64,000 nt of DNA from the NCBI RefSeq assembly GCF_009914755.1, contig NC_060927.1; one strand, written 5' to 3'. Positions 40,349 to 63,352 of this stretch are shown here, one piece after another. The notes under the pieces are model-generated. The model was not told where the DNA came from. It worked only from the letters and a program-made list of their open reading frames with translations, and did no database searches. Source of the stretch: the human T2T-CHM13v2.0 reference genome, Homo sapiens. The position numbers were made by a program, and so were the translations under genes. Within the stretch, counting starts at the first letter, position 1, and the number at the start of each line of letters is the position of its first letter.

Positions 40349-41031
40349 ATTAGCTTAGATTAGCTAGAATTACAGAGGTAAGAGAAAATTGGTTTTTCCA
40401 ATCACAGTGAAAACAAACCTACAATAAGAATTCTCACACCCTAGATGTTTACTAAGCCAATCTTCCTGTCAGTGATTGACTCAAGAATGAACTATGACTC
40501 ACCTCTGGCCAGTATGGAGAGGAGGTATACTGAGGACATCTGGGAAAATTCCTCCCACTCTTAATAAGCAGCTGCTGGTCTGCCCCTGGCCACTGCCTGG
40601 AATGGCTGTGTGATATCTGAAATCACTACAGCCACCAGCCTGAGGATGAAGCTTAACTAAGGAAGGTAGAACCAAAAGATGGAAAGAGCCAAATCGACCA
40701 ACCATGGATCATGCCCTGCCTTTGGACTTCCCGTGAAGGATCTCTTTTCTTACTGTGTAACCCCATCAGAAATGAGGTTTCTGTGAACTGAAGCTGAAAG
40801 TGTCCTAATTGATTCAATTTTATATCTCCCCAAATTTATTTTAGTTACAAATATACCAAACCACTGGTACCTCCATGTAGGGAATTTCTTGTTTCTTTTA
40901 AGAGACATCATCATGGTATTTTACCCTTCCCTGAAAAATCGTCAGGTGTTGAGGCTGCCATTTCAAATCAGGAAAAAGGGAATAGCATTGCCCAGTTATT
41001 TTTTAATATTCATGCTCTTACCCCAGAATAA

Positions 41032-41360
<329 letters not shown>

Positions 41361-41975
41361 GCCCCAGCCCTGCTTTTGGAACCAATTCTTTTTAGGCTCT
41401 TCCTCTGACTCAACATAGCAGACATTAGTGACCACCTATCCTGCAGCCATTCTGTCCACTCGTCTTTCCTGCAATCAGAACCTTGATTTTGTTCAGCTAT
41501 CAGGATACTGCATACTTTAGAAAAGACTGAACCTTCCCCTAGCTCTAGGGAGGATAATCTTCATTAATCTAAGTCCAACATAGAAATTCTATTTTCCCTA
41601 CCAGTGAATGATTTAAGAATGGGCATGTCTAGAATTCTGAACAGTGACTAGGGGAGAGTTTTTCTGTCTTAAAAGGGGATACAAGAGAGATTTTTTCTGT
41701 TGTAAAGTACTTGAAGCTGCTGCAGCCATCCTGCAAGCCAGAGTCAAAAGCTAACATGATGAGCAAAGCACAGCAGAAGAATGAAGAGAACCTGGGTCCT
41801 AAATGATGGGCAGGTGCCAATGACTTAACTAAGCCCAGAATCATGTTACCTTAGGCTTTTTATGCTATCTTTCTACGCCAACTGAGTTCAATGTTCTGTT
41901 CAATGCCACTGGAACCCTACCAACTGGAACATTCACTGATAAGTTGCTGTGGGCAAATTGCATCTGGGTTCCTCA

Positions 41976-42251
<276 letters not shown>

Positions 42252-42609
42252 TTATGGACTCTATGAAGACTGCATGGATATCGTCTTAAAATATTAGGCA
42301 AGCCTAATGAATAAGTCAGAATGTTTTATACACCTCAGGCAAATTAGAATTTGCCTATACTTTATATTACAGTCTACTAAATCAATCACTTTAAAATTGG
42401 CACCAGGGATTGTAGTAAGATCATCAGACCTTCTAATAAATTTAGAAAAATTATCACAAGATAATTTTGAGTTTTTGTTATCAGATTTTCAGGCAGTTTG
42501 TTGTTATTTAATTTAGGATTCTTTAATTATCAAAGCAAAACATGAGAACCAGTTTTACAGAAAACAATTTTGCCCTTATCACTTCATCTTCACATGTGGA
42601 AAATATTCA

Positions 42610-42936
<327 letters not shown>

Positions 42937-42944
42937 TCAGACAA

Positions 42945-43100
42945 ATAACTAATGCATGCGGGGCTTAAAACCTGGGTGATAGGTTGATAGGTGCCGCAAA
43001 CCACCACGGCACATGTATACCTATGTAACAAACCTGTACGTTCTGCACATGTATTCTAGAACTTAAACTAAAAAAAACAAAAACAAAAACAAAACAAACA
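42945..43100 (+). mobile_element. L1PA 3' terminal fragment
   Basis: taatgcatgcggggcttaaaacct...ggcacatgtatacctatgtaacaaacctg plus A-rich tail. Confidence 0.88.
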
Positions 43101-44767
43101 CACACACACACGCACACAAAAACCTTGGATGCTCTGTTTTTTTCCCTCTTGTATCATTAAAAATAAAATTCTTGTTTTTATTCTCTTTTGTTTGGACACA
43201 TTTTAGAGCCTTCCAAATGTGGTGATTATAACTTTTTATTGAATTACTACAAAGAATGATAATAATAATTATTATCACATTAGTATAAAGAATACAGAAA
43301 ATCTTTGTCTCTATAATATCCCAAGGAATGACAAATTGTCAACATTTCTTTTAGTGGTAATTCATGGAAAATTAAAGAAAATATGGTATATTTTTATATT
43401 TATTTAGTTTAGTTTTTAAGTGAAACATTCTGCAGAATGGCACAAAAAATTGTGAACTTTTAGAGTTAAAAAGAATAATTCATTCTTACCAAGATTATGT
43501 AAAAGTATCAATTCTCTTGCCCTATATTTTTTTAAGGAAAGCTTCTTCTGGAAAGGATTAGCAGAATAATGAAAGAGAGGACTTAGGTATAATCTTCCTA
43601 ATGAAGTCAATATTCACCTCCAAATACAAGTAATGTTTATACTAATTTTCTTTTTGAAGTTTGTGTCAGTATTACATGGGAGAGGAAGATGAACTCATAT
43701 AGACTTTTGACTCTTCCATTAGTCCACATCCATTATGCATCGTATTCTCTTGTCTATTGTGTTCAAAAAATTTAAATGAAAATTTTAAATAGAGAAGGGA
43801 GGAAGTGACTAGGCTTTCTCTAATATCCCTGTCATGAATATGTCACTCACCTCAAAATATGTCACTGAAAGTACTACAAAATTGCCATAATAAGCTAGTT
43901 ACTGCTTTTCTTATCTCCAAGTTCCTTGCCCATTCAAAGCTCTACAGGAAAAAAAAGTACTCCTCAATAATACATTCACCATTCACTATGAATAATACAC
44001 AGTGAACATTTATGTAATGTAGGTTTTAAAAACTCTCACATATATTATTTCTTTGATTCTACCAATAATTCTGTGAAGAACATAAAACACTTAAAACATA
44101 AAAGAGGATTCCTAGCAATTACTAGCAATTAAGACGGCACTATCAAAGGTCATCTGACCCTCCCTCCTGACTTGCTGTCTATGATACAGAGAACATAAAT
44201 ATCAGTCATGTTCAGAAATCAACATAAGAATGTGAAAAATTCTTACAATGAAGGAAAGTTGCTGGGGTCTGAAGTGGAGGAACAGCATCCAAGAATGTGG
44301 CCTGGAACAGGAGGGCACCAGGGATCACAGATGAAGGACGGATCATTTTCTTTCCCCCACTACTGCAGGACAAGATATCAGCAGTGCCAAACCAAACAAG
44401 AGTATAAGATCAGGACAGGAATCTGGCTGGAGAAATCCATTGTCCAGGCTGGCAAAATGAATAATTTATTAAAATGTATTAAAATCTAAATAAACAAGGG
44501 CCCAAAAACAGTAATAACAAAATTAAAGTATAATCTAGTACTAAAACTCCAAATGGTATCAACAGCAATATAGAGATGGTACAATGGGAATTAAGAAATT
44601 CTTCCTAAAATTCTTAACTATTTGGGGATAGGTGGGTCAGATTCAGAGATTAATAACATTTAAACAGGTTGAGAAATAAACATAACTACTAGTCTTATAA
44701 GTTAGCGCTAACCACTAGACATTTTAAAAATAGAATTTACAACTCTAAAAGTACTAGAAATGAATTT

Positions 44768-45219
<452 letters not shown>

Positions 45220-45661
45220 TCAGATTAATAGCAAAACAAGCTTCAGCAATATATAATTTATAAGAAACATTAAGAAAGGGATATAAAGAGTAGCTGAAAA
45301 TAGAGAATAGAAAAAAATGTAACAGGAAAACGTGAAACAAAAGAAATCTGAGGCATCAATCTTATCACACAAAAGAAAATGTTAAGGGCAAACAAGATAG
45401 TTATATACTGGTTAAAGAAATAAGAGATCAAGAAAGCATAATTAATACATACAGTTCTTTTTTTAATTGAAGTGAAATTCATACACATACTTTTAAAGTT
45501 TTTAAGCATTCACAAAATTTAACCATATACCAGCCTACAAGAGACATGAATAAATTTGAAACATTTAACATAACAGCAAATTTGTTTTCTGCCTTCAGTG
45601 CAATGAATTTAGAAGTCAGTAGCAAAAGGGTCATTTAAAATTTTCATGTTTCCTAATTTAA

Positions 45662-46010
<349 letters not shown>

Positions 46011-46179
46011 GTCAATCCTTAGTTTCAAGAGTAAATAACAAGTTAGGTTATATAAAATTTAGGACTCATTGAAAATACAAGTATTATATGTCAAAAATGT
46101 ATGATAAACAGAATAATACTTAGAGAAAATTACAGACTTAAATTGGTCTACCAAAAAAAGTAATATTTAAAACAAATGA

Positions 46180-46623
<444 letters not shown>

Positions 46624-47029
46624 TTACTTAATGATAAAAATTAATGTCTAAATACTGCAGGATCTGATTATGTGTTGAGTGGATACAATAAGCTTTGTAT
46701 GGGAGGGCTTTTCACAAACATCTCTAAATCTAGCCATCGCTTCCAAGATTATGTTTTAAATTGTCAATATAAACTATGATCTTATTGTTATTAAGAAAAA
46801 ATCTAGTCCTTTAGTGCAAATAAATAATTAAAGTAAATAAATCTTAATTTTATATATAAAAAAGAAAAAGGGCAGTCATTAAAATCAGAAACTTCCCAAA
46901 GAACAACATGTTATGTATAGAAAGAAATCCTTAAATTACTCCCTTAGGCAAGTGGAAATGATGGACAAAAGCCCACTGCTAGTGAATAGAGTCATCTGAG
47001 TAAAAAATAGCTACAGCCACATAGAACCT

Positions 47030-47222
47030 CAGAGCTAAGGATGCTAAACATCTTGCAATGCAAAGGACAGCCCAAGGCTGGAAGCGGTGGTTCACACCTG
47101 TAATCCCAGCACTCATGGGAGGCCAAGGCGGGCAGATTGCTTGAGGTCAGGAGTTTGAGAAGGACAGCCCTACGTGACCAGGAATAGCTTGTCCAAAAGG
47201 CCAATAGGTCGCCATTGAGGAC
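47030..47222 (+). mobile_element. MER20 fragment interrupted by a 3'-truncated Alu (47076-47160)
   Basis: gatgctaaacatcttgcaatgcaaaggacagccc...gtccaaaaggccaatag matches the MER20 3' half; Alu 5' ~85 nt flanked by AAGGACAGCCC. Confidence 0.8.
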
Positions 47223-47551
47223 AAATTATTGACTTACCCAGGATTCCCCCTGTTTGGTTTCTGGTCCATATTTTTTTCCAGCACTACTGTCTTCATGAAG
47301 AAATATTATTTTATAGAAAAAAGCTCCTAACATAACCTGATGGGCAGTGTGGGGTTGGAGGAGGATACAAATATTTCTGGAGGTAGCTTACTGAGTGAGG
47401 AAAGAGTATTGAAAATTTACAAGTCAATAATATAACAGGAAATAAAACATTATCTATTTATTTTCATACTTGCTCTTGTATCAGGCCACAGCAAGTAGCT
47501 TTGCATGTGTAGGCCGATTATGTTAAAAATGATACTAAATTTTTGAAAACT

Positions 47552-47738
47552 ATTTTTATTTTCATAGGTTTTGGGGTAACAGGTGGTATTTGGTTCCATG
47601 AGTAAGTTCTTTAGTAGTGACTTTTGAGATTTTGGTGCACCCATCACCTGAGCAGTATACACTGAACTCAATTTGTAGTCTTTTACCCCTCACCCCCTTC
47701 CCATCCTTTCCCCTCCCCGAGTCCCCAAAGTCCATTGT
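47552..47738 (-). mobile_element. L1PB-like 3' end
   Basis: gagtaagttctttagtagtgacttttgagattttggtgcacccatcacctgagcagtatacactg. Confidence 0.85.
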
Positions 47739-48424
47739 AAAAAATGATAGTTAATTTTAAGAAAATTCTGTCAGTAATGTTTAGGTCTCATTTCCCCCTC
47801 ACCCTTTCTAATCCCTTTGCAGGCTTTTGTGATGCAGAAACAGAGTCAAGTTCAGAAAGAAATATAATTGGAAATGAGTATGTGGTCAAATTCTCCTCAA
47901 TAGAGAGAAGAAAAAACAGAGATTGGAAGAAAAGGGTGAGCAAGGAGGAAAATAAGTTCAGGTTTTCAAGGAAGTTTTGTTTTGGGAATGGGAGCAACAC
48001 TTTGGGAGAGATATGGAATGAGAGACAGAGCAAAGGAACCAGAAAAAAATTTTAAGAGATGTTGTGGGTTCGGCATTCATTCCCACATCATAGTCTAAGA
48101 GACATGAGTATGAAGATTGAAATCACTTTTGTTTACTTTCAGATATTAGATTGTATTCATCTGAATATCACATGGAGACTGAGACCAGGCCACAAGGCCC
48201 TGATATAAATTTGGTGACATATGTTAACTCAGTTAACTCTTTTAATGCTAGAAGTAGATAATATTCTCATTTTATAAGGGAAGAAATGGAGGCTCAGAGA
48301 TGTTTTCCCCAAATTACTCAGATTTTAAGCAGTGAAATGGGTTTCTAACACAGATCTGATGCCAAATTTATGCTAATATGTTACACTAAACTGTCTTTTT
48401 TCTTTTGTCTTCTTTTTTTCTCTT

Positions 48425-48681
48425 TTCTTTTTTTTAAACTTTTATTTTAGGTTCAGGGGTACATGTGCAGGTTTGTTACATAGATAAACTTGTGTCATGG
48501 GGGTTTGTTATACAGATTATTTCATCACCCAGGTACTAAGCCTAGTATCTAATAGTCATTTTTTCTGCTCCTCTCTCTCCTCCCACCCTCTACCCTTGAG
48601 TAGGCCTCCATGTCTGTGGTTCCCTTCTTTATGTCCATGAGTTCTCATCATTTAGCTCCCACATATAAGTGAGAACATGCG
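48425..48681 (-). mobile_element. Older L1PA 3' end
   Basis: ttcaggggtacatgtgcaggtttgttacatag...tcatttagctcccac...gtgagaacatgc. Confidence 0.88.
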
Positions 48682-49064
48682 AAGAGAGAATATTAAGGGA
48701 CTTCGGTTTTGATTTAGGGGCGCAAGTGTCTCAGAAGCAGATTATGTTTGTATTCGTGTGAGTAGAGCTTAGGCTAACACTGTGGTTTTTTATTTTTTTC
48801 CCCCAGAATTACATAGAAACGCTCATCTCACCTAACCCCTTTTTCGGTTTGGACATATTCCATCCCAGTAGTAGTTTAACACTTGAGACAAACCTAAGGC
48901 CAAGACTTTTCACTGACTATAATAATTCTGTGACCTCAGTTTCTTATCTCTGTCCCCATGTCACAGGGCCACACAAGGTGTTTTGGGAATTGAGGGAGCA
49001 TGCCAACAACTAACTATAGCAGAGAAAGAGTTCAATAGACGGCTCCTCCTCCTCTTCCACATGA

Positions 49065-49350
<286 letters not shown>

Positions 49351-50084
49351 TGATTATTATTAACTCCCTGGAGTTAAAGTTGCCCCCAACCAGAAGTCTG
49401 CCCAAGTGTAAACAGCACCGCGCCCAGGTCACTCTCCAACTTTCCACTCATGTGATGAGCTTCCTGGAGCTTGGGGGAAAGAGGAGGACTCCTCTCCACC
49501 CTTCAGCCTGTACCATGGACTGTGTTGTATATCCTCCTGATCTTCATCCATTGCCTGTGCCCCTCCAGGAGGGAGAGGATTGGGAGACAAAAGGGGATGG
49601 GTTGCAGGCAGGCAGGCAGTGTGGCAAGTTTGTAGGGAAGGGAACGTGTGCAAAAAGGGGAAGCAGGCGTTGCAGAAGCAGAATGCTCATCTTCCCAATG
49701 TATCCTAAGGATGCGTTCATCTCACTTCACAGGGCAGTTAGGAGCAAGTGAGTTTCACAAGTTGAACCAAATTCTTAATGCAGAAAGGAAGCTTACTTTT
49801 AAAGAAAGACTGCTATTCATTTCTTTCTAAAATGCTCTTTTGTAATCTCTTAAATTTATCTGTTTTATTAAACTTGAGGGTTTTATACATTGATTTTTCT
49901 CAAAACAGGACGTACTTGAGCCCTGTTTTATACTTATCTATTTTAACTAGGTCATTTCCAATTTTGACGTCAATATGACTTTCTGGGAGATTTTAAGAAT
50001 AAAGAGAAATCTGAAATCAAAATCAGCATGAAAGCAATTAAAATGAGGCTGTAAAACCTCTGTACCAGAGGTTTTCTTCGTCTT

Positions 50085-50192
50085 CTTTTCTTTTCTTTCC
50101 TTTTTTTTTTTTTTTTTTGAGACGGAGTCTTGCTCTGTCACCCAGGCTGGAGTGCAGTGGCGCGATCTCGGCTCACTGCAAGCTCCGCCTCC
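50085..50192 (-). mobile_element. Severely 5'-truncated AluY
   Basis: gagacggagtcttgctctgtc...gcaagctccgcctccc between T-tracts. Confidence 0.85.
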
Positions 50193-50547
50193 CTCTTTTT
50201 TTTTTTTTTTAAGCATATTGAATGCTTAGAACTTGCCAGGCCGTATCTCAGCACGTCACTCATATTAATCATTTCCTAATAACCGCTACAAGTTGGGTTT
50301 TGTTATTATCCCCATTTGAATAAATAAGGCACGGAGACACAGAGAGGATATGACATAACTACCAGAAGCCATTGGTGGCAAGATCTCAATCAGGACATGT
50401 CGGTACAATGCTCTGATTATCTCGTCTGCATCCCTGATTACTTATGGTCCAGATATAAACTACTCCTCTTCACTTTCATTTTAACCAGAATTTGAAGTCA
50501 TTTTATTCTCTCTCAAGTACTTTGGGCTTTGAGGAAAATAAGGGAAA

Positions 50548-50566
50548 CTCGCCACCTGGTGGCAGC
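50548..50566 (-). promoter_or_regulatory. CTCF motif
   Basis: Reverse complement GCTGCCACCAGGTGGCGAG contains CCACCAGGTGGCG, matching the core CCASYAGRKGGCR. Confidence 0.7.
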
Positions 50567-52067
50567 TCATAGTGTGTGGTAACAAGGTGGCTGCCCCCTG
50601 TCTGGTTTCAAGGAGAGAGGAGAGAATGTCCCTGCCTTGCTATTCACGCCTCTCAAACAGCTGAGCTGACCTCTCCTCAAGGGCCATTGTCTTTAGAAAT
50701 CCCTCGCCCTGTCTAGGTCCATTCTGATAAAAATTGGAGTAGCAGTTTTTTCTCTATGCTTCAAGTGAGGAGGTTGGATGGGACAGAGTCCAGCGATGAG
50801 AGGCCAAGACTCTCTTGACCTTATTTCATTGTCAAAAAGATCAGTATTCATGTTCTACAAGAAGGAATCCACAGTTGTCCAGAAAACTGTCCTTCAAAAA
50901 TAGCCAGTCCACAGCTGCTTCCCGTATCTTAGGCTTTAGTTTCTGAAGCAGAGGAAGTAACATGCAGGCATCATCCCTTGTTAAAACAATTCATAGAATT
51001 AAAATGTTGCAGGTGAATTGAATTTTTGAACATTTAATCAGAATGATCACTTGGGTATCTTGTTTTCTTAAATACTTAATTCGCACACCACAGGGTTTGA
51101 AATGTAGGTTTTTCAAGTCTACATAGGTTCTATTCGTGATTTTCAGTTGCCTGTCAGTGAACAGGTGCCAAGTTAGCTGTATCAGAATCACTTGTGGAAA
51201 TTAAAACGTAAACAAACACAGGAAGATTCCAATTCAGTAGGTCTCTGAGGAAGACTGAGCATCAGCATTTTTAAATGCTCACCAGGAGGTACTGAGAAGC
51301 AGTGTGCTTAGGAAGCCACTGTACCTGCACCACCTTTGCTGACCAGAATGGAAGCAGCAGGTAAAGAATGTTGGTGGTTAACACAAAAATTAGATACTGT
51401 TTTCACTCATCAGGCTGGCAAACAGGAACACAAATAGTAATATTTCACTCTGGTGATGATGTGGGGACCAGAGCATTCTCATTTTCTGTTGCTAGGTGTG
51501 TAATGTGCTACAAAAGATTAAGGAAGTAATCAGGGAGTTATTTATTTATTTTCATTTTTTTGTAGAGATGGGGTTTCCCTGTGTTGCCCACGCTGGTCTC
51601 AAACTCCTGGCCTCAAGTGATCCACCTGCCTCAGCCTCCCAAAATGCTTGGATTACAGATATGTGCTGTCTCAGCCAGGCCAGACAGGTATTTTTAACAT
51701 CTAAAATGTTAAATTGGCCCAGAAATCCCAATTTGGAATCCAGAATGTTGAGATCAATGACAAAAATGTTTATTGTAGCATTATTTGTAGTGACAAATAA
51801 TTGGGAACAATCAAATCTTGGAATAAATTATAATCTATTCATTCAATGAGTTATTATGCAGTATTTTAAAAGAACCAATTAAATCTGTATACTTTGATCT
51901 GGAAAGGAGTCTATGTACTATTAAAGGAATGAGTTGCTGAGTTTTATACACAACTGCATATGCATATACCTATATATGTATGTATATATATTTCCATTTG
52001 TAAAACAAAAAATTAATTAAGCTAGAATATTGGGAACAGGGAGAAACATATGAAAGGACACAGAGTT

Positions 52068-52372
<305 letters not shown>

Positions 52373-52662
52373 TGATGGGAAGGGAGTGGGGGGATTACAG
52401 ATTTTTAACATTTTTCTTCATACATTTCTACATTTCACTCATAATAAAAAACATACCTTTCATGTGCAATTTATAAGATCCAATAAAGTTTTTAAAAATG
52501 TTGGTTGGACCAAAGAGTAGTGCATTACCCCCCCAAATCCCTGGTTTGGCATGCTTACCAACACTATTCAGGTAAGATTTAAACTGCAAAATTATAATGT
52601 ATGTGTAAGGTGTAAAAAAAGATACTACAGAGAACCAGCCCTATGAACCCACATAAAATTAA

Positions 52663-53121
52663 TGAATCCAACCCAATAGTCCCATGAACAGTTTTTGGGT
52701 TTTTTTTTTCTTTGGATAAACGTAGAAATAGACTTTTCTGATCTTACAGTGTGAAACTTACCTTTGTTTTATCTGAGTTCCTTCCTCGGGAAAGGACCCC
52801 CAGGCCTCTCAAACAGTATCAAAGAACTGAGACTCACCACATCATGGCATCAGGACAATGAGACTCCAGGCCCCTCATTCATTATGATTGCTTTCTTACC
52901 CCTTTCCAGTTCCTGCTTTCTCACACATAGTTACATTTCTTCCCTGCTATATAAACCCCTAATTTTAGTCACTCAGGGAGATGGATTTGAGACTGATCCC
53001 CAATGTCCTCAGCTGTAGCACCTGATTAAAGTTTTCTTTCTTGGCAATAATTGTCTCAGTGATTGGCTTTCTGTGCGGCCAGCAGCAGGACCTACACTGA
53101 ATCCCTGGTGCTTCAGTAACA
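52663..53121 (+). mobile_element. ERV1-class solo LTR (LTR47-like)
   Basis: TG...CA termini, 4-bp TSD TTAA, TATATAAA at 52948-52955, ATTAAA at 53025-53030. Confidence 0.85.
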
Positions 53122-53189
53122 TTAAGAAACAGAACTTTATCGTATCTTTTTGTTTCTTATTTGATTTACCTTTTATTTTTTAAAATTCT

Positions 53190-55940
<2,751 letters not shown>

Positions 55941-56375
55941 AGCACCTTTGATGCTCTCATGAGATTGCCAAGACTCACATTCCTTCCCTTTACTCTGGAT
56001 TACCTGTTAATTTTACTGGTGACTTTCCTTATAGATTCATTATATATATACATAATGTGTGTGTGTGTCTGTGTGTGTACACAATGATTAATTTTTGTGT
56101 GTTTATGTATGTGTGTGTACATATATATATCTAAACAATATATTCATAATTTTTAAATATTTATGGACTTCACATAAGTTAAGCCATTTTTATACATATT
56201 ATTCTGAAACTGTACTCCACCTTATGATCATGGTATTCATTCATATTGATGATTGTAGCTGTAGTTTCATTTTTTTTGCTTTATAATACTCCAGATTTTG
56301 TCATTTTACTATTAATAGTCATTAAATTTGCTTTTTACTTTATTTTTATTTTTAATCTTTTGTTAGAGACAAGGT

Positions 56376-56718
<343 letters not shown>

Positions 56719-57069
56719 CTATTCACAGTTGTTGAACTCCTGGCCTTAAGTCATCCCCCGATTTTAACCTCTTGAATAGCTGGGACTACAGATGCACACC
56801 ACCATGCCCTGTTTTCATTTTCTTTTTCTAACATCATTGCACATTCTTGCTCATGATTTCTATTACACATGTGCAAGGTTTTCTGTAGGGGATATATATA
56901 GGAGAGGGATCACTGGGTTTTGGACATGTAAATAATCCACTTTATTAAGCAATGCCAAATGGTTTTCCAAAGTGATGCACAAATTTACTCTCTCATCTGT
57001 AGTGTATAAACGAATCGATGCTCCATACCCTCACATACACTTGAGTATAGGACCTTTAAATATTATATT

Positions 57070-58385
57070 AATTTATTCATTCATTCAACAAAGTCAGGCA
57101 CTATTCTATGTACGGAGGATGTAGCAGTAAATAAAATATACAAAAGTCATTGTCCTCATGGAGATTTATAAGGGGGGAGAAAGAATATAAATAAATAAAA
57201 TACATAGTATGTTAGAGAGTGATATATAAAGAAGAAAGCAAGAAATGAGAGAATGTATCTCTGTGTTGAGGAGGGTTTGCAGTTATGTATAGGCTGGACA
57301 GGGAGGGGTTTGTTGACAAGGTGATTTTGAGCAAAGACCTAAAGGACTTGATGAAATGAGCTATGCAGACATCTGGAGGAAGAGCTTCCCAGGCAGGGAG
57401 AATGGCAAGTTAAGAAACCTGAAAGGAGAATGTTTTGCTTGTTGGCAAAAGAGTACAAAATTCAAAGTTGCTGGAGGGGCATTAGGGAAGGGGAAGTTTT
57501 ATAGGAAGAAGTCAGAGAAGAAATGACAGCATACCATGTAGGTGCTTGTAAGTCAAAGTAAGGATTTTCACCTTGTAGGTGACATAGGGATCCATTAAAG
57601 GGTTTTGAGCAGAGGATTGATATGATTGGGGTTTTAACAGAAGCCATTTGACTGACATGTGACTGGACAGGGCAAAAGCAATGAGAGCAGGTGAAGAGTA
57701 TTGCAATAATCCACGTGAGAGATGGTGATGGCTCTGACTCGGATGATGGCAGTGGAAATGGTGAGAAACAGTCTAAATCTGGGAATATTTTGAAGTTAGG
57801 GATAAGAAGATCTGCAAATAGATCACATTTGGAATATGAGATAAAGAAGGAAGTCAAGGGTAATGTTAAGATTTTGCCAAATTAATTAGAAGGATGGGAT
57901 TGTCATGAAAGGAGATGGAGAGACTGGAGCAGATTTCAAAGGCAATACCTAGGGCTCATTTTTAAAAAATGTATTGAGAACCCTGTAGAAATACCAGTGC
58001 AGATGTGGAGCAGGCAGTAGGATGACCCTAGAGTTCAGCTGTCTGGGCTAGAGATATCCAATTGGAATTCATCAGCATAGAGATGGTATGAAAGCCATGA
58101 AGCTGAATGAAATGACTTAGGGAATGAAAGCAGATAAGACAACAGAAGAGGTCCAAGACCAGAGCTCTAGGTCACTCTGCTTTATAGTCACATGAGAAGA
58201 AACCACCAAAGGAGACTGAGGAGGCTTGTGCAGAGAAAGAGGAGGGAAATCAGGAGACTGCGTCTAGGAAACAGGAGAAGTTGTTTTATAGAGGGAGTAA
58301 CCAACAGGGTCAAATGTTGCTGACAAGGGAGACCTAAGAATTGATTACGGTGTTTAACAATGCAGAGGTCATTGGTCACACTACT
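57070..58385 (-). mobile_element. L2 LINE
   Basis: ttattcattcattcaacaa terminus followed by typical L2 body. Confidence 0.8.
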
Positions 58386-58389
58386 CTTT

Positions 58390-61190
<2,801 letters not shown>

Positions 61191-62364
61191 TATATAAGAC
61201 TATATATAAGGCAATCACTAAGTGCATGAATAGTGTTGCTAGCAGAGACTTTATGGGCAGCTAAAGAAAACTCAAAAGCATGAGCAAGAAATGTCTAATC
61301 CATTAAGGAAAAATTACTGTTATCTATCTCCTTATTTATCTGTCAATCCAAAAAATACATATCTGTTGCACATCTAGGAAGGACGGAGGGAGTGGGGTAA
61401 GAGGGGGAGACAGAGAGAGTTGGAGGAAGAGAGAGGAAGAGAATTCCATTTTGCTTTCTATTTCAAAATAGACCTTCGTGTCCATCTCTCCAGAAAACAG
61501 AGCCTACAGCTCCTCAACAAAGAAGTTAATTCTTGTTTTATCACCTCTAACAGCTGAGGTCATGATGATTTCAGGATGATTTGAAAGATTTTCAATGGCA
61601 AATTTGGATATTACTACCATTTGCTTACTCACTTTGGAACTTAACAATCTTGTGAAAAGCAATCTGACAGTAATTCATTAATATTTAAGGACTATGTTGT
61701 ATAAAAAAATACATATCTTTAAACATTGTCACATTTGACTTGGTGAAATACTCAGGCTGTGAGAGACCTACAAGATCCAAGACCAACTGAGGAAACAGAT
61801 TTAAGTCTTTCCTCTAAGGCTCACTCCAGTAGTTACACTTACCAATTAGATTAAATTTTCGTTTCTGTGTGATTTTTTTCTTTTTTTCTTCTCCTTGGCT
61901 TTCTCTTTCTCCCTCCCTTCTGTCCTTTCTTCCTTCCTTCCTTTGAATTAGTAACTCCACACCACGTGTAGGCGTAACAGTATCATATTTTGGTCACCAG
62001 TTCAAATCATATACTGCAGCCTGTAGTCCTGTAATCCATCTTCAAAGAGTTCCCTCCAAGTTTGCTCCATAGTTGGGTCTTCCATAAACATTCCGCCTTT
62101 TTATAAGCCAACTACTTTGGGATAACAAGAGATATGGTAAAACCAGTGAATCTCATGATGTTGCCTTGCTTCTTATCTTTGAATTGAGCCTTCGTCAGAG
62201 GTAATGCTGAGTAGAAGGACATAATAGTGAACAGAATTCATTGCTGGAAATAGAAGACAGAAGACAAGTGGAACATGATACATCTAATTACTTATTCTCA
62301 AATGTCTTGCTTCCTATCCATCCAATAGTAATTTATAGTTTTATTATCAAAACGTATTCTGTGA

Positions 62365-63180
62365 AAATATAACTGTTGGCAAGGATGTGGAGAACAGGGA
62401 ACACTTGTATAATATTGATGGGAATGTAAATTACTATAGTCATTATGGAAAACAGTATGGAGGTTCCTCAAGAAACTAAAAATAGAACTACCATATGATC
62501 CACTGATCCCACTTTTGGGTATTTACCTAGAAGATTTGGAAGGAGCATGTCAAAGAGATGTCTGCACTTGCATGTTTGCTGCAGCACTGTTCACAATAGC
62601 CAAGATAAGGAATCTAACTAAGTGTCCATTAACAGGTGAATGGATAAAGAAAATGTGTACATATGCACAAAATGGTACTATTCAGCCTTTGAAAAGAAAG
62701 AAATTGTCATTTGCAACAACATAGATGGAATTAGAGAACATTTTGCTAACTGAAATAAGCCAGGCACAGAAAGACAAATGCTGCATGTTCTCATTTATAT
62801 GTGGAATCTAAGATGATCGAACTCATAGAAGCAGAGAATAGAATGGTGGTTACCAGAGACTGGAGGATGGAGGAATGGGGAGATGATGGTCAAAGGGCAC
62901 AAAGCCTCAGTGAGACAAGAGGAATAAATTTTTTTAGATTTATTGCACAAAACATAGTGGATATAGTTAATAATAGCGTATTGTACATTTCAAAACTGCT
63001 GAGAGTACATTTCAAATGTTCTCACCACAAAAATCACAAGTATGTGAGGTGATGGATGTTAATTAGCTTGATTTAATTATTCAACGTTGCATTCATATAT
63101 CATAACATCGCTTTGTGTCCCATAAATATGCACAACTATAATTTGTCAATTTACAATAATTTTTTTTAAGTTTAAAAAAA
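62365..63180 (+). mobile_element. L1MA 3' end
   Basis: tgttggcaaggatgtggagaa...aatagaactaccatatgatcc...tgtgaggtgatggat...A-tail. Confidence 0.88.
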
Positions 63181-63184
63181 TGTC

Positions 63185-63352
63185 TTCTGTGGACCAGCAG
63201 CCGCAGTGTTATCTGAGAGCTTGTGTAATATGTAAGTTCTCAGACCACAACCCAGGCCTACTGAATCAAAAACTCTGGGAGTGGGTTTTAAAAATCTGTG
63301 TTTTAACAAGTTCTCCAGGCGATTCTGATGTTCACTAAAGTTTGAGAAGCAA
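63185..63352. mobile_element. MER5A
   Basis: ggaccagcagc...cctactgaatcaaaaactctggg...ttttaacaagttctccaggcgattctgatg...aagtttgagaa. Confidence 0.85.
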
